DNA of 23,450 nucleotides, from the NCBI RefSeq assembly GCF_006345805.1, contig NW_021836612.1:1-23450 (forward strand). Reading direction: 5' to 3'. A program made the position numbers and the translations under genes. Position 1 is the first letter of the stretch. The number at the start of each line of letters is the position of its first letter. This document shows, one piece after another, positions 1-11,365 of the stretch. The notes below the pieces were generated by a model, which ran no database searches, had not been told where the DNA came from, and saw only the letters and a list, made by a program, of their open reading frames with translations. Origin of the DNA: Octopus sinensis (lineage: Eukaryota).

Positions 1-387
1 TTAAATAGTTATAAGCTTTCTTGTAGTTCTTACCAATAACTGTACAAGATGCAGTGCAGTAGCATGTGTTAAATAAGGCAGCATCACACTATTATTTATT
101 TAGTCATCACTGAACCTATTCTGTATCTAATGGTGCAGAAATATTTTTTTTATTGTCCTTAGGGAACACCATAGATGACTTTCGGTTGACTAATGATGGT
201 AACGCTAACGATGTCGTCTCGTCACATTACTAACATTTGACCCTCCACTAGGCGTGAACATTGTTTCGATAATTAACATCAACGTAAATGCACACTTATG
301 CACACAGGTACAAGTGCAACAACACGCATGCAAATATGCACGGCTGCACACATCTATGTACATATATGCATTTATGTACGTACATAC

Positions 388-428
<41 letters not shown>

Positions 429-874
429 GCAAACTGGCACACACATGAACATATATGCATACATACAGAAGCAGACTAGGAAATATGTATGTGTGTGTGC
501 ACGTATATATAACCCAACATGCACACAAACATGCAAAGACATGTATATGCATACGTACATTTACATACTTACAAACATACATAGATAGGTAGAGATATTC
601 ATGCATACGTACAACAAAAAAAAACATACCACCATATACAAATACATCTCACACCTGCATGCTAAGCGTATGCACGCAACAACTTGAATCTATTTATGAA
701 TCTATCTAACCATCAATCATCAATCTATCTGTTTATCTATCAATTATATATATATATATATATATTTCTAATGTTTTCATTTGTATTAATTCACATAAGT
801 ACAGAACAATCTCATGCATCCTCTCATTCGTATGTCCTCTGTTATATATAAACACACACATACATATGTATGTT

Positions 875-920
<46 letters not shown>

Positions 921-926
921 TATATA

Positions 927-1140
927 CACCAGAGTAAGCACATAAAATTTAAACAAGGTGGAAAAGAATAGTACTCGAATACCGGAGATAGAGTAATATG
1001 GTTGATAGTTAAAACGGCAAAAGTATCACAGATATATCACAATAAACTGCTACAAGGTGTTTCACTGAAAAACTGCTCGACCGACAGGATCGTGAAACTC
1101 TGAATAGCAGTTTTTTGTGATGTTTTTGCAGCTTTACTAA

Positions 1141-1142
<2 letters not shown>
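927..1142. mobile_element. Probable Penelope-like element terminal fragment with internal inverted repeat
   Basis: Non-microsatellite island between (AT)n and (GT)n. 1036-1065 and 1092-1121 are 24/30 nt inverted repeats, and a decayed hammerhead-like CCGAC...GTGAAAC lies at 1081-1098. Family assignment is inference. Confidence 0.45.

Positions 1143-1211
<69 letters not shown>
1143..1211. repeat. (GT)n microsatellite
   Basis: About 34 uninterrupted GT units. Confidence 0.98.
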
Positions 1212-1215
<4 letters not shown>

Positions 1216-1310
1216 AAGTAAATAGCGTTTGTATAATACAGTACAAAGAATTAGAAAAAAGTGAAAGGGAAAGAAGAAAGAAAGTAAAGAGTAAATATAG
1301 GTAAGGTATG

Positions 1311-1512
1311 ATAATAACAGGGCCAGTAATTTTCGAGGGGAGGGGGAAGTTGATTACATCGATCCAGTACATGACTGGTATAACATTTTATCGATCGCAG
1401 AAGGAGGAAATACTAATTTGATATCGGTGTGATTTCATTCCAGATGGTCAAGAACTGGAGCAAATACCGCTGAACATTTTGGCCCAAATGCTCTCGATTC
1501 TGCCATGCGACC
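1311..1512 (-). mobile_element. tRNA-derived SINE family A, degenerate copy
   Basis: The reverse complement carries the family A head (GGCAGAATCG) and the ...GATCGATAAAATGTTATACCAGT...TGGATCGATGTAATC core, as in the better-preserved copy at 15561-15750. Confidence 0.7.
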
Positions 1513-1539
1513 GCATTTAAGATAACAAGCAAACAAAAC

Positions 1540-1720
1540 AATTCTTTCCTCTCTCGGCACAAGGCCTGAAACACCCTCTGTGTTTTTTTGTTTTTTGTGT
1601 TGACTATTTAATCGATCTCGTTAAGATGAAGGACAATGAGAAACTCAACTGAATTTGAACTCAGAAAATAAAGCCGAAAGAAATTCCCCGAACCCTTTTG
1701 TCCGGTCAGAAAAGAACACA
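1540..1720 (-). mobile_element. SINE family A, degenerate copy
   Basis: GGCACAAGGCCTGAAA 3' end and GAATTTGAACTCAGAA (reverse-complement B box) shared with other copies. Confidence 0.65.
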
Positions 1721-1737
1721 ATGGGGTTTCAACGTTT

Positions 1738-1926
1738 GGCACAAGTTCGGAGTGTTTGTCGATTGCATTGACCCCAGGGGTTAACTGGTAATTATTTTAT
1801 CGATCCTGGAAAGATGAAAGGCAAAGAAGACCTTGGCAGAATTTGAACTCGATATGTAAGACCGGAAGAAATGCTGCTAAGCATTTTGTCCGGTGCGATA
1901 ACAATTCTGTAAGCTTGCCGCCTTTA
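1738..1926 (-). mobile_element. SINE family A copy
   Basis: GATGAAAGGCAAAG...CCTTGGCAGAATTTGAACTCG...GCTAAGCATTTTGTCCGG is the reverse complement of the family A head and core. Confidence 0.8.
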
Positions 1927-2029
1927 AGGTGGAAAAGGAAATCAGAATAAGAAATAAAAACACGAGAGAATTATTTACAAAGAATTTTGAAATTCATGGA
2001 TGGGAAAAAATTTTCTAAATTACATGAAA

Positions 2030-2400
2030 AAAAATATAAAGCAAAAGCAACAAAGATTGAAAGAAAGGAAGGAAAGAAGGAAGGAAGGAAGAAGAAACGA
2101 AAGCAATAAAGTAAGAAAGAAGGAAAGAAACAAAGAAACAAAGAAAAAGGAAGGAAAGAAAGAAAAAAGATGAAAGGAATTGAAAAAAGCAATATTGAAA
2201 AAAATGAAGGTATAGTGGAAAGAAAGAAAGAAAGAAAGAAAGAAAGAAATTAAAGAAAGAAGGAAAGAAATTAAAGAAAGAAAGGAAGAAAGAGTGTAAT
2301 AATGTAAGAATGAAAGAGAAAGGCGAGGTGAAGGAAGGGGGAAAAGAAATAGTTAAGACAAAATCTGAATTAAAAATGTGGAAAAAAAAGGAAAAAGGGA
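2030..2400. repeat. Purine-rich (GAAA)n/(GGAA)n low-complexity tract
   Basis: Direct reading. Confidence 0.9.
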
Positions 2401-2632
2401 AAAATTAGGGATTCATCTTAGTTTTTGAAGCAATCAAGAAAAAATGGCGACTGAGAGTTTGTACCTAATTGGGGGCCAACACCCCTCTATTGTTTTATTA
2501 TGGAATTTTGTTAAGGTACATCGAAAATATGTGTGTGTGTGTGTGTGTGTGTGTCAATATATGTGTGCGTATTTGTGTATCTTATTTGTTATTTCGTATC
2601 CATGCGTGTGCGTAAGTATGTATGTGTGTGTG

Positions 2633-2671
<39 letters not shown>

Positions 2672-2852
2672 GACAGACAGACAGAGGGGAGAGAGCGGAT
2701 CTTGAGTGTTTTATTTAGGGTGTTTTTGGTGCGCTTTGGGTTGATTGAAGTTGATGAAGTGTGTCTGTGTGTGTGTGAGGGAAAGAGAGAGAAAGAGAGA
2801 GAGATGGGAGATAGAGAAAGATGGGAGATAGAATCAGTGGAATGTAATAGAA

Positions 2853-2853
<1 letters not shown>

Positions 2854-2888
<35 letters not shown>

Positions 2889-2936
2889 GATGACGACGAC
2901 GACGATGACGAGAACGACGACGACGACGACGACGAC

Positions 2937-2970
<34 letters not shown>
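2854..2970. repeat. Compound (GAT)n/(GAC)n microsatellite
   Basis: Direct reading; it generates the poly-M/T/H ORFs. Confidence 0.97.
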
Positions 2971-3117
2971 GTGATAAAAAAACAAGAGGGTATTCGAAAC
3001 ACTTTTGTTTCATTTTGGCATTTCGGTGATTTGTGTGTGTGCGTATGCGTACACACATGCTCACACACACACACACGCATAGAGTCACGCAGTTACACAC
3101 AAGCATACAAATACACC

Positions 3118-3151
<34 letters not shown>

Positions 3152-3609
3152 AAAATCTCTCGTTCGCTGTTTCTTTCTGTGTCTTTACAGAGATCAGAAC
3201 AGAGTCTCGAATTTCAGAGAGACCATTCTTTCGATTAATGATCACAGTTTGCCTGCTTATAGCGCCACCTTTTAAAGCTATGCTTGTATATACGGTAAAT
3301 ATTTATGTGTGTGTGTGTGAGTATGTGCGCATGTGCGTGTGTGTGTATAAATACACAAATATAACATACAATCCACCATCATCAGATAATATATATATAT
3401 ATATACGCATACGTGTGTATGCATGAAGTTAGACTGATAGATAGTTAGAGAGAGGGGAAAAGAGAGAGAGACAGAGAGAAGAGACAAACATACAAAGAGA
3501 AGAGATGTTACAGTTATGTTCTTTCAGAAGACGCTTGGTTATATCATATAGAGACACACTCTTGCACAAACGGCAAAGCAACACAAGTTGCTTATGAATA
3601 TGTATAAGG

Positions 3610-3610
<1 letters not shown>

Positions 3611-3687
<77 letters not shown>
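3611..3687. repeat. (AAT)n microsatellite
   Basis: Direct reading. Confidence 0.98.
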
Positions 3688-3688
<1 letters not shown>

Positions 3689-3770
3689 GTAACAACAACA
3701 GCCATCAAAGCATACACACATACGACTGCTACATGGCTTTTGTTGTCCTAGGGAGAAGAAAAAGTAAAGT

Positions 3771-4130
3771 AGGCCTGGCTGTGTGGTAAGAAGCCTGCTT
3801 TCCATCCACAAGGTTCTGGGTTCAGCCCCACTGCGTGGAACCTTGAGTCAGTGTCTCCTACTATAGCCCTAGGCCGACCAATGCCTTGTGAGAGGATTTC
3901 GTAGACGGTAACCAAAAGAATATATGTATATGTGTGTGTCTGTGTTTGACCCCCACCCACCACCACGACCACCGTTGTTGGTGTGCTTACGTCCCCGTAA
4001 CTTAGCGGTTCGAATAGGTGCTAGGCTTACAAAGAGTAGGTCCTTGGGTTGATTCGCTCCACTAAAGGCAGTGCTCCAGCATGGCCGCAGTCAATTGTAT
4101 GTATATATGTAAAAGTAAAAGAATAAAAGA
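3771..4130 (+). mobile_element. tRNA-derived SINE family B, near full length
   Basis: A box TGGCTGTGTGG (3776-3786), B-box-like GGTTCAGCCC (3819-3828), CORE-like CCTTGAGTCAGTGTCT, internal TA/TG tract, and 3' GTGCTCCAGCATGGCCGCAGTC with an A-rich tail. Three more copies occur in the window. Confidence 0.88.
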
Positions 4131-4340
4131 GTCATCGTCGCCTGGTATTGAACAGGAGACCTAATGACCAGAATTACTGCCCCAAGGCAATAGAGGACCA
4201 TAAAACATTGGGACAGATTGACGATACAAAGGTGGACAAGAGAAACAACAATTAGAAAGACCGGCAAAAAAGACGGGTCATTCATGCCCTTCTTTCCTCA
4301 GTCAAGTACCAGAAGTCACGACCGTTTCGGGCAGTTACAC

Positions 4341-4341
<1 letters not shown>
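4131..4341 (-). mobile_element. Possible Penelope-like terminal fragment
   Basis: The minus strand reads CCCGAAACGGTCGTGACTTCTGG (3' half of a hammerhead-like core) followed by a pyrimidine-rich segment, abutting a (CA)n array. Assignment is inference. Confidence 0.3.
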
Positions 4342-4381
<40 letters not shown>

Positions 4382-4507
4382 CATATATATACATACATAT
4401 ATATATATAATATTATATATATTATAATAATTTTTACTATAAAATTGGATTTAATCCTAAATCTGATTTTTTTCCCTGTAAATTTGGATTTATTCCCTAA
4501 TATTTAT

Positions 4508-4549
<42 letters not shown>

Positions 4550-4554
4550 TATAG

Positions 4555-4629
<75 letters not shown>

Positions 4630-4690
4630 ATATATATATATATACTATATATATTATATAATATATATATATAATATATATATACAAATT
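4342..4690. repeat. (GT)n followed by interrupted (AT)n arrays
   Basis: Direct reading. Confidence 0.95.
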
Positions 4691-5178
4691 ATAAAAGGGT
4701 AAAAAATCATTCATGGTTTTATCGGTAGAAAATCAGTGCGAAAATGAAAAAAAAACTTATATTAATAATATTTATAATTATATACATAATTATAACAATG
4801 GATTCATTATATGCCTCTCTAAGTGCTGAAAATAGACGCCAAATAACGGCAAAACCATCATACAATCTCCCAAAACACTCACACACATTTATGTATATAT
4901 ATACAAAGAAATATATATATATATGTACACATTGATATATATTTATATATACATAAAGATATATAGATGCGTATATTTACGCATGTATGTATTTATGTAT
5001 GTATGTATGTTTGTCTGTATGTATATACGTACGTACACATACACACAGACATGAGCTTCGTAAATTCATGAGGCGATTCCAGATGACTTCACCGTCGTCT
5101 GATCTGCCAACGCTATATCCTCCCGACTCCAGATCGTCTACATATTAACACTAATACAACTACAGACACACAGACAGA

Positions 5179-5252
5179 CTAATACTCCTAGAGACATATA
5201 GCAAGTCTAATGCCCCTAGAGACGCATATTAGCAGTAATACTCCTAGAGATA
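5179..5252. repeat. Minisatellite, about 3 x 28 bp
   Basis: CTAATACTCCTAGAGAC (5179), CTAATGCCCCTAGAGAC (5207), GTAATACTCCTAGAGAT (5235); period 28. Confidence 0.85.
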
Positions 5253-5454
5253 CACAGGCACACCCAGCCGTTGTGGCACATTAATAGGTGTTTATATAAT
5301 TCTACAGAAAATCCACCAAAATTTAGCTCTGCCGTGTCAAGTGTTTAGTGCAGTGTAAGGTGTGATATATTTCGATATGTACATTGTTATGTATACTTCT
5401 GTGCATCTATCTTCCTGTCAATCAATCAAATAATCAATCAAGCAATCAACCAAT

Positions 5455-5610
5455 TAATTTATCTATATATCTATCTATCTGTCAGTCTGTCTATCTGTCT
5501 GTTTATCTATGTATCTCTCTATTTATCTCTATCTATATATCTATCTATTTATCTACCAATCTATCTCTTTATCTCTCTATCTAGCTAGCTACCTATCTAT
5601 CAGCCTGTTC

Positions 5611-5691
<81 letters not shown>

Positions 5692-5700
5692 CCTACCTAC

Positions 5701-5798
<98 letters not shown>

Positions 5799-5937
5799 AT
5801 CTATCTATCTATCTATCTGTCTGTCTGTCTGTTTATCTCTCTATTCATCTGTGTCTATCTATTTATCTATCTAACTAGCTTGTCAGCTGCCTATCTATCT
5901 GCCTGTCTATCTATCTGCCTGTCTATCTATCTGCCTG

Positions 5938-5996
<59 letters not shown>

Positions 5997-6017
5997 GTCT
6001 ATCTATCTATCTATCTA

Positions 6018-6048
<31 letters not shown>

Positions 6049-6105
6049 AAATCTATCTCTTTATCCAATCTATCCATCGATCATCTATCTATCAACCTAT
6101 CTATG
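5455..6105. repeat. Long (ATCT)n tetranucleotide array with GTCT/ACCT variants
   Basis: About 650 bp, direct reading; source of the YLSI ORFs. Confidence 0.97.
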
Positions 6106-6365
6106 TCTGTATGTGTGCCTAGCTGACTCCTACCCTACTCTCTCTCTCTCTCTATCTTTCTCTGTAGATGTGTATATGCTACTTTTTTGTTTTTATGTGA
6201 AACAATTTCACATTCACCAGATGGGATGCTCTTTACTTTTGTAGAGTTCAACTTTATTTTTAAACAAGAATATTATTGACCGTGACTTCGAAGTTTAGGC
6301 CAGTTTCTACGATGGCTTAGGTAACAGAAACTTCGAATTCACTGTCAATAGTATTCTTGGTTAAG

Positions 6366-6377
6366 AATATATATATA

Positions 6378-6459
<82 letters not shown>

Positions 6460-6471
6460 CTATATACATAC

Positions 6472-6528
<57 letters not shown>

Positions 6529-6600
6529 TGTGTCTATTATATATACATACATATATATATATGCATATATATAAATATACATATATACACGTATGTATAT
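6366..6600. repeat. (AT)n/(ATGT)n array
   Basis: Direct reading. Confidence 0.95.
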
Positions 6601-7120
6601 AAATGCGGGTGTTTATGTTTCCATATATGTATCTGCATCTTTCTTTCTCTCTATCAATCTATCTATCTAACTGTGTCTCTCTTTTTCTCTGTCTCCCTCT
6701 CTTTCGCTCTCTCTCTAACGCTGTGATTCTCTCTCTCTCTCTATCTGTGTGGATGTGAGTGTGTGGGTGCGTTTATGTGTATGCTCTCATGTATATACAG
6801 TATTTATATACGAATGTATTTGCATGTTCCCGTTTAACTTCCCTGTCATTCTAAACCAAAAAAAGAAAAAAAAGATCAATTTCCTCTGATTCACTTGATT
6901 AATTACACGAAAAGGTTGTAACCAGTCCTAATTAACCCCCATTCCCTACAAACACCCCCCCATCTCACCCGTCTCTCTTAGATTTACCGTTTCTTGCCCC
7001 TATGATTGCCAGTGTCCAGAAGCCACAGGATACTACAGGAGCTTACCGGACATAATCCGAATGCTACCGGATATTGCCGGATATTCGTTTACATTCAACT
7101 AAATTTAACTATTTATATGA

Positions 7121-7130
7121 ATGACGTCAT
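7121..7130. promoter_or_regulatory. Perfect CRE/ATF palindrome ATGACGTCAT
   Basis: Exact TGACGTCA consensus within a microsatellite-free island. Function not shown. Confidence 0.25.
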
Positions 7131-7353
7131 ATGTAAGGGATAACGCAGTATGGCTGAAGTATTTTCAGGTAGAAGGATGGGGGGCGGGTAAAAAAAGCAA
7201 AAAAAAATAGTTGTTATTTGATGGTTTTTATATTATGTCGTTTTCATTGTCAAACAAAGGCCATAACTCTGGTTGGATTTCGACTTCAGTTGAGGATCGC
7301 CTTCATCGGGTGGGGAGTCATTTAATGTCTCTCATTATCGCAGATTTAATAAA

Positions 7354-7565
7354 GGGAGCGATCTGGCAGAATCGTTAGATCGTCGGACAAAATACTAAGC
7401 AGTACTTTCTAATCGTTATGTTCTGATTTCAAATTTCGCCGAAGTTTACTTTACCAGTTACCATTCAGGGTCGGTAATACAGGTACTAGCTGAGTACTGA
7501 TGTCGATGTAAACTATTTGCCTCCACCCCTAAAATTGCCGGCCCTGCACCAAAATTTCAAACTAT
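7354..7565 (+). mobile_element. SINE family A copy
   Basis: Head GCGATCTGGCAGAATCGTTAG, B-box-like GATTTCAAATTTCGCCGA, 3' CCCCTAAAATTGCCGGCCCTGCACCAAAATTT. Confidence 0.8.
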
Positions 7566-7584
7566 TGCTAGAAGATTAATAAAG

Positions 7585-7860
7585 GGGGTGATATGGCAGA
7601 ACCATTTGCGCATCGGACAAAATACTTCGCAGCATCTCTACCAACTGATTACGGTCGGAGTTCAAATTCTGTTGAGGTCGACTTTACACTTATTTTATTT
7701 TTTCGAGGTCGACATGTCCTTTAACTTTTCGACGTCGAATTTGCTTTCATCTTTCCGTGGTTGATAAAATAGTACCGGTTGATCACTGAAGTCAATGTAA
7801 TCCAGATGCCCCTCGCCACAATCCCTTAAAATAAATAGCCTTGTGACAAAAACAGAAAGA
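7585..7860 (+). mobile_element. SINE family A copy with internal duplication
   Basis: TGGCAGAACC...GAGTTCAAATTCTGTTGAGGTCGAC; GAGGTCGAC recurs at about 7705, followed by TTTGCTTTCATCTTTCCGTGGTTGATAAAATAGTACC. Confidence 0.75.
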
Positions 7861-7899
7861 CTTATTTCAGAATTACTAAATGAATAAATCAACTAATTG

Positions 7900-7980
7900 T
7901 TTTCTGCTGTAGGCACAAGGCCTGAAATTTTGGGGGAGAGGACCAGTTGATTTGGTCGACGCCAGTACGCATCTGCTACT
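7900..7980 (-). mobile_element. SINE family A 3' fragment
   Basis: GTAGGCACAAGGCCTGAAATTTTGGGGGAG is the reverse complement of the family A 3' end. Confidence 0.7.
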
Positions 7981-8264
7981 GTGTGTGTGTGTGTGTTGTT
8001 AAATGCTCGAAATACGAGAGTAGAAATACAGCCAACAACTGATAAAGGGTCGTTCTTTATGTTGATTGTTTTGTTTTCCATTTGTGTCTTTTGTTCTTCG
8101 AAAGAATAGTTCATATTCCATGTACTCGTACTTCGTTTCTGTCTGCAGAAACGTAACAATCTAATCACTTATTCGTTCCTACTCTTTTGATTATAGCACA
8201 AAGGGTCTTCTATTGAAACATTTAACTATGTGAAAGCAATGGATTAGGAGGATCAGGATATATG

Positions 8265-8395
8265 AAATGTTTTGTAGCGTTTAGCTGCGTATTTTTACGT
8301 TCTGAGTTGAAATTGCGCGATGGTCGACTTCCGCTTTTATATTTCCGGAATTCGTAATATGAGTACCAACTGAATATACAGGTAAATATAATGAA
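8265..8395 (+). mobile_element. Highly degenerate SINE family A fragment
   Basis: TTACGTTCTGAGTTGAAATTGCGCGATGGTCGACTT...GAGTACCA. Confidence 0.55.
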
Positions 8396-8706
8396 ACCGT
8401 ACACACAAAACTTAATATGTTTTACCTCAGTAAGTAATCAAAATTTGTAACTATTAAATATCTGATATTTCTTGACCAACAAAATATTGTATTACCAATC
8501 ATCTATTTGAATAAATTACAAAATTAAGGCTAAAAATAGGGGTGCAATAACCGTTAGGCGTAGGTCAATAAGAATTCCTTCCCACTATATATCGAAATAT
8601 AAATACACACATACACACATATATACAGACACTCTACACATCTATATTCTGCACAGATAAACTTGGTGTATTTAATTTACATACGTACAGTACACTTATT
8701 CTCAAA

Positions 8707-8870
8707 ATAAATATACACTGTTCACATTTACATTTGATGCAAATATATTCTCTACACAAGTATGCAATATAAATATACATTGTTCATATTTACATATCAT
8801 GCATAGATTCTACAAATAAATTCTACACTCATATTCTTTACACAAGTATTTAATATAAATATACACAGCT
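8707..8870. repeat. Degenerate tandem duplication, about 62 bp unit
   Basis: ATAAATATACA(C/T) starts at 8707, 8769 and 8855; the first two units share TGTTCA(C/T)ATTTACAT, and TACACAAGTAT precedes the second and third starts. Confidence 0.7.
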
Positions 8871-9164
8871 CACACATTCTTCACACATACTCTATAAAGA
8901 AACACTCGACACTAGCACATACTCCTTGCGCATACACTGCACACAAATGCTCTCCAAGCCGGTATTCTCTACACATATACGGTGCACAGAGTCGAATGCT
9001 TGACTATAGACAGGTCCGTCGCAATACGCTTGTCATGTTATCAGGAAAGGGGTGTAGCGAAGTGAACTGGCGATTGAAGTTCGAATGATGAACGAGTTTG
9101 AAGAACAAACCGCAAGTTTGATGTTCCACATCAATGTTATTGATCCAAATGTACGATATTCTAG

Positions 9165-9229
9165 TTGTTGTTGTTGTTATTGTTGTTATTATTATTAATA
9201 TTATTATTATTTTTATTATTCATAGTAGC

Positions 9230-9293
<64 letters not shown>

Positions 9294-9414
9294 TTCATTC
9301 TTATTATTATTATCATTATTATTATTATTATTATTACTTTTTATGAAAGATTTACTACAACTACCACTACTGCTGCTACTGCTGTTACTACTACTACTAC
9401 TAATAATAATAATA

Positions 9415-9470
<56 letters not shown>
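9165..9470. repeat. Compound (TTG)/(TTA)n - (CTA/CTG)n - (TAA)n array
   Basis: Direct reading. Confidence 0.95.
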
Positions 9471-9699
9471 TAATGCAATCATCACCAATATCATCAGCAT
9501 TGACATCAACATGAGCACAAATATCACCGCATCGCCATCATTTTGAATAGCTTCATTCTACATCATTTTTATTATTGGTCTCAGTACTCCAACAATCCTC
9601 AGTAGTAGTAGTAGTATGATTTCTCTTAGTATTATTTAAAATATCGAGAATGCTGCTGCTGCTGATGACGTTCATAAGGATAACAACAGCAATAATACT

Positions 9700-9791
9700 A
9701 AGATAATAAAATAATAATAATAATAATAATGATAATAATAATAATATAATAATAATAATAATAATATAATGATAATAATAATAATAATGAT

Positions 9792-9858
<67 letters not shown>

Positions 9859-9897
9859 TGATATAATAATAATAATGATAATAATAATAATAATGAT

Positions 9898-9966
<69 letters not shown>

Positions 9967-9978
9967 AATAATATAATG

Positions 9979-10015
<37 letters not shown>

Positions 10016-10089
10016 TAATAATAATAATAATGATAATAATAATAATAATGATTATAATAATAATTAATAATAATAATAATAATAATGAT

Positions 10090-10121
<32 letters not shown>

Positions 10122-10136
10122 AATAATAATAATGAT

Positions 10137-10179
<43 letters not shown>

Positions 10180-10198
10180 GTGATAATAATAATAATTA
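9700..10198. repeat. Long interrupted (AAT)n array with GAT variants
   Basis: About 500 bp, direct reading. Confidence 0.97.
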
Positions 10199-10806
10199 CA
10201 ACGCTGATTTCTAGCTGCCTATCGTTGTGTGTCGTCGTCAACGAAGGCAATCAGTTCTGTTTCTCTCGCAGACAGACTTCCAAACAGATCAAGGGATCTC
10301 GGCCATATTAGCTTTTATAGCCGTTTTGTTTTTTATAGTTTTATTTTTGTTCCAGTCTTTTATATATTTTTTTTCCATTTTCCTATTTCAGCGTGTTTTT
10401 GCTTTTTTTAAATATATATATATATTTCATTGAATATTTTTACGGTTGGATGTATGGGCGTTGTTCATCAGTAAAAACAGCACCACCAGCAATTGCAGCA
10501 GTAGAAACAACAAGAACAACAGCAACAATATGGATGACAAGAACAGAAGCAGCAGCAGCAGCAACAGCAGCAGCTCTGACAAGGAATAGTTGAAGCAGAG
10601 GACATGTTTTCAAGCGTGGAAAGAGACAAATGTAGCTTGGGAAGTGATGGATCAATGCGCAGATGGTTAGATATTAGAACAACTAATATGTAGATATGCA
10701 TATATATATATGTGTGTGGTGTGTATGTGTATATACGCATATATATATGTATATATATATATTATATATGTTTCTTTTTTTCGTAAACTTTCCCTATATA
10801 TATACT

Positions 10807-10857
<51 letters not shown>

Positions 10858-10958
10858 TGTATGTATAATAGATGTTTATATGCACATACATACATGCAAA
10901 TATATACAACATATGAATATAAATATGTATATATGTAATATAATATATATATATATAT

Positions 10959-10995
<37 letters not shown>

Positions 10996-11066
10996 ATGTG
11001 CGTGTATGTCTGTGTAATATAATAGGCATAAAAACATAAGTATATGTGTGTGTGTGAGTGCGTGTG

Positions 11067-11101
<35 letters not shown>

Positions 11102-11365
11102 CATACATACATAAACATACATAGGTCTCTGTATATATGCACAATTATGTTTACGTCATCATCCTGAACACATTTAATTCCAAGCCACCCAATAAGCAAC
11201 TTTTTCGTGACTGTGATGTGGGGGGATGTATGTGTGTGCTTCTATATACATACACACACTCGCACACACACATGCATATTTATACATAATTATATAGTTA
11301 TTTACATGCATAGATACATGTATAAATACATATATATTTAGACGTGTGTGTGTGTGTTTTGAAGC

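Noticed and set aside
5050-5145. Possible LINE remnant on the minus strand
   Set aside because: No diagnostic motif in any frame; too short to assign.
5179-5252. Repeat-spacer-like pattern suggesting CRISPR
   Set aside because: Eukaryotic context, spacers of about 11 nt that resemble each other, and no cas genes.
6990-7102. Acceptor-like ...TGATTGCCAG followed by CPEATGYYRSLPDII...
   Set aside because: The frame is the decamer repeat and ends in a stop without a donor; the similarity to cysteine-rich motifs is superficial.
10251-10330. Strong acceptor TTCTGTTTCTCTCGCAG at about 10270
   Set aside because: No nearby donor; it runs into T-rich low complexity and the peptides are unrecognisable.
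10595-10690. MRRWLDI resembling an RTE RWLD motif
   Set aside because: A single short match without supporting neighbours.
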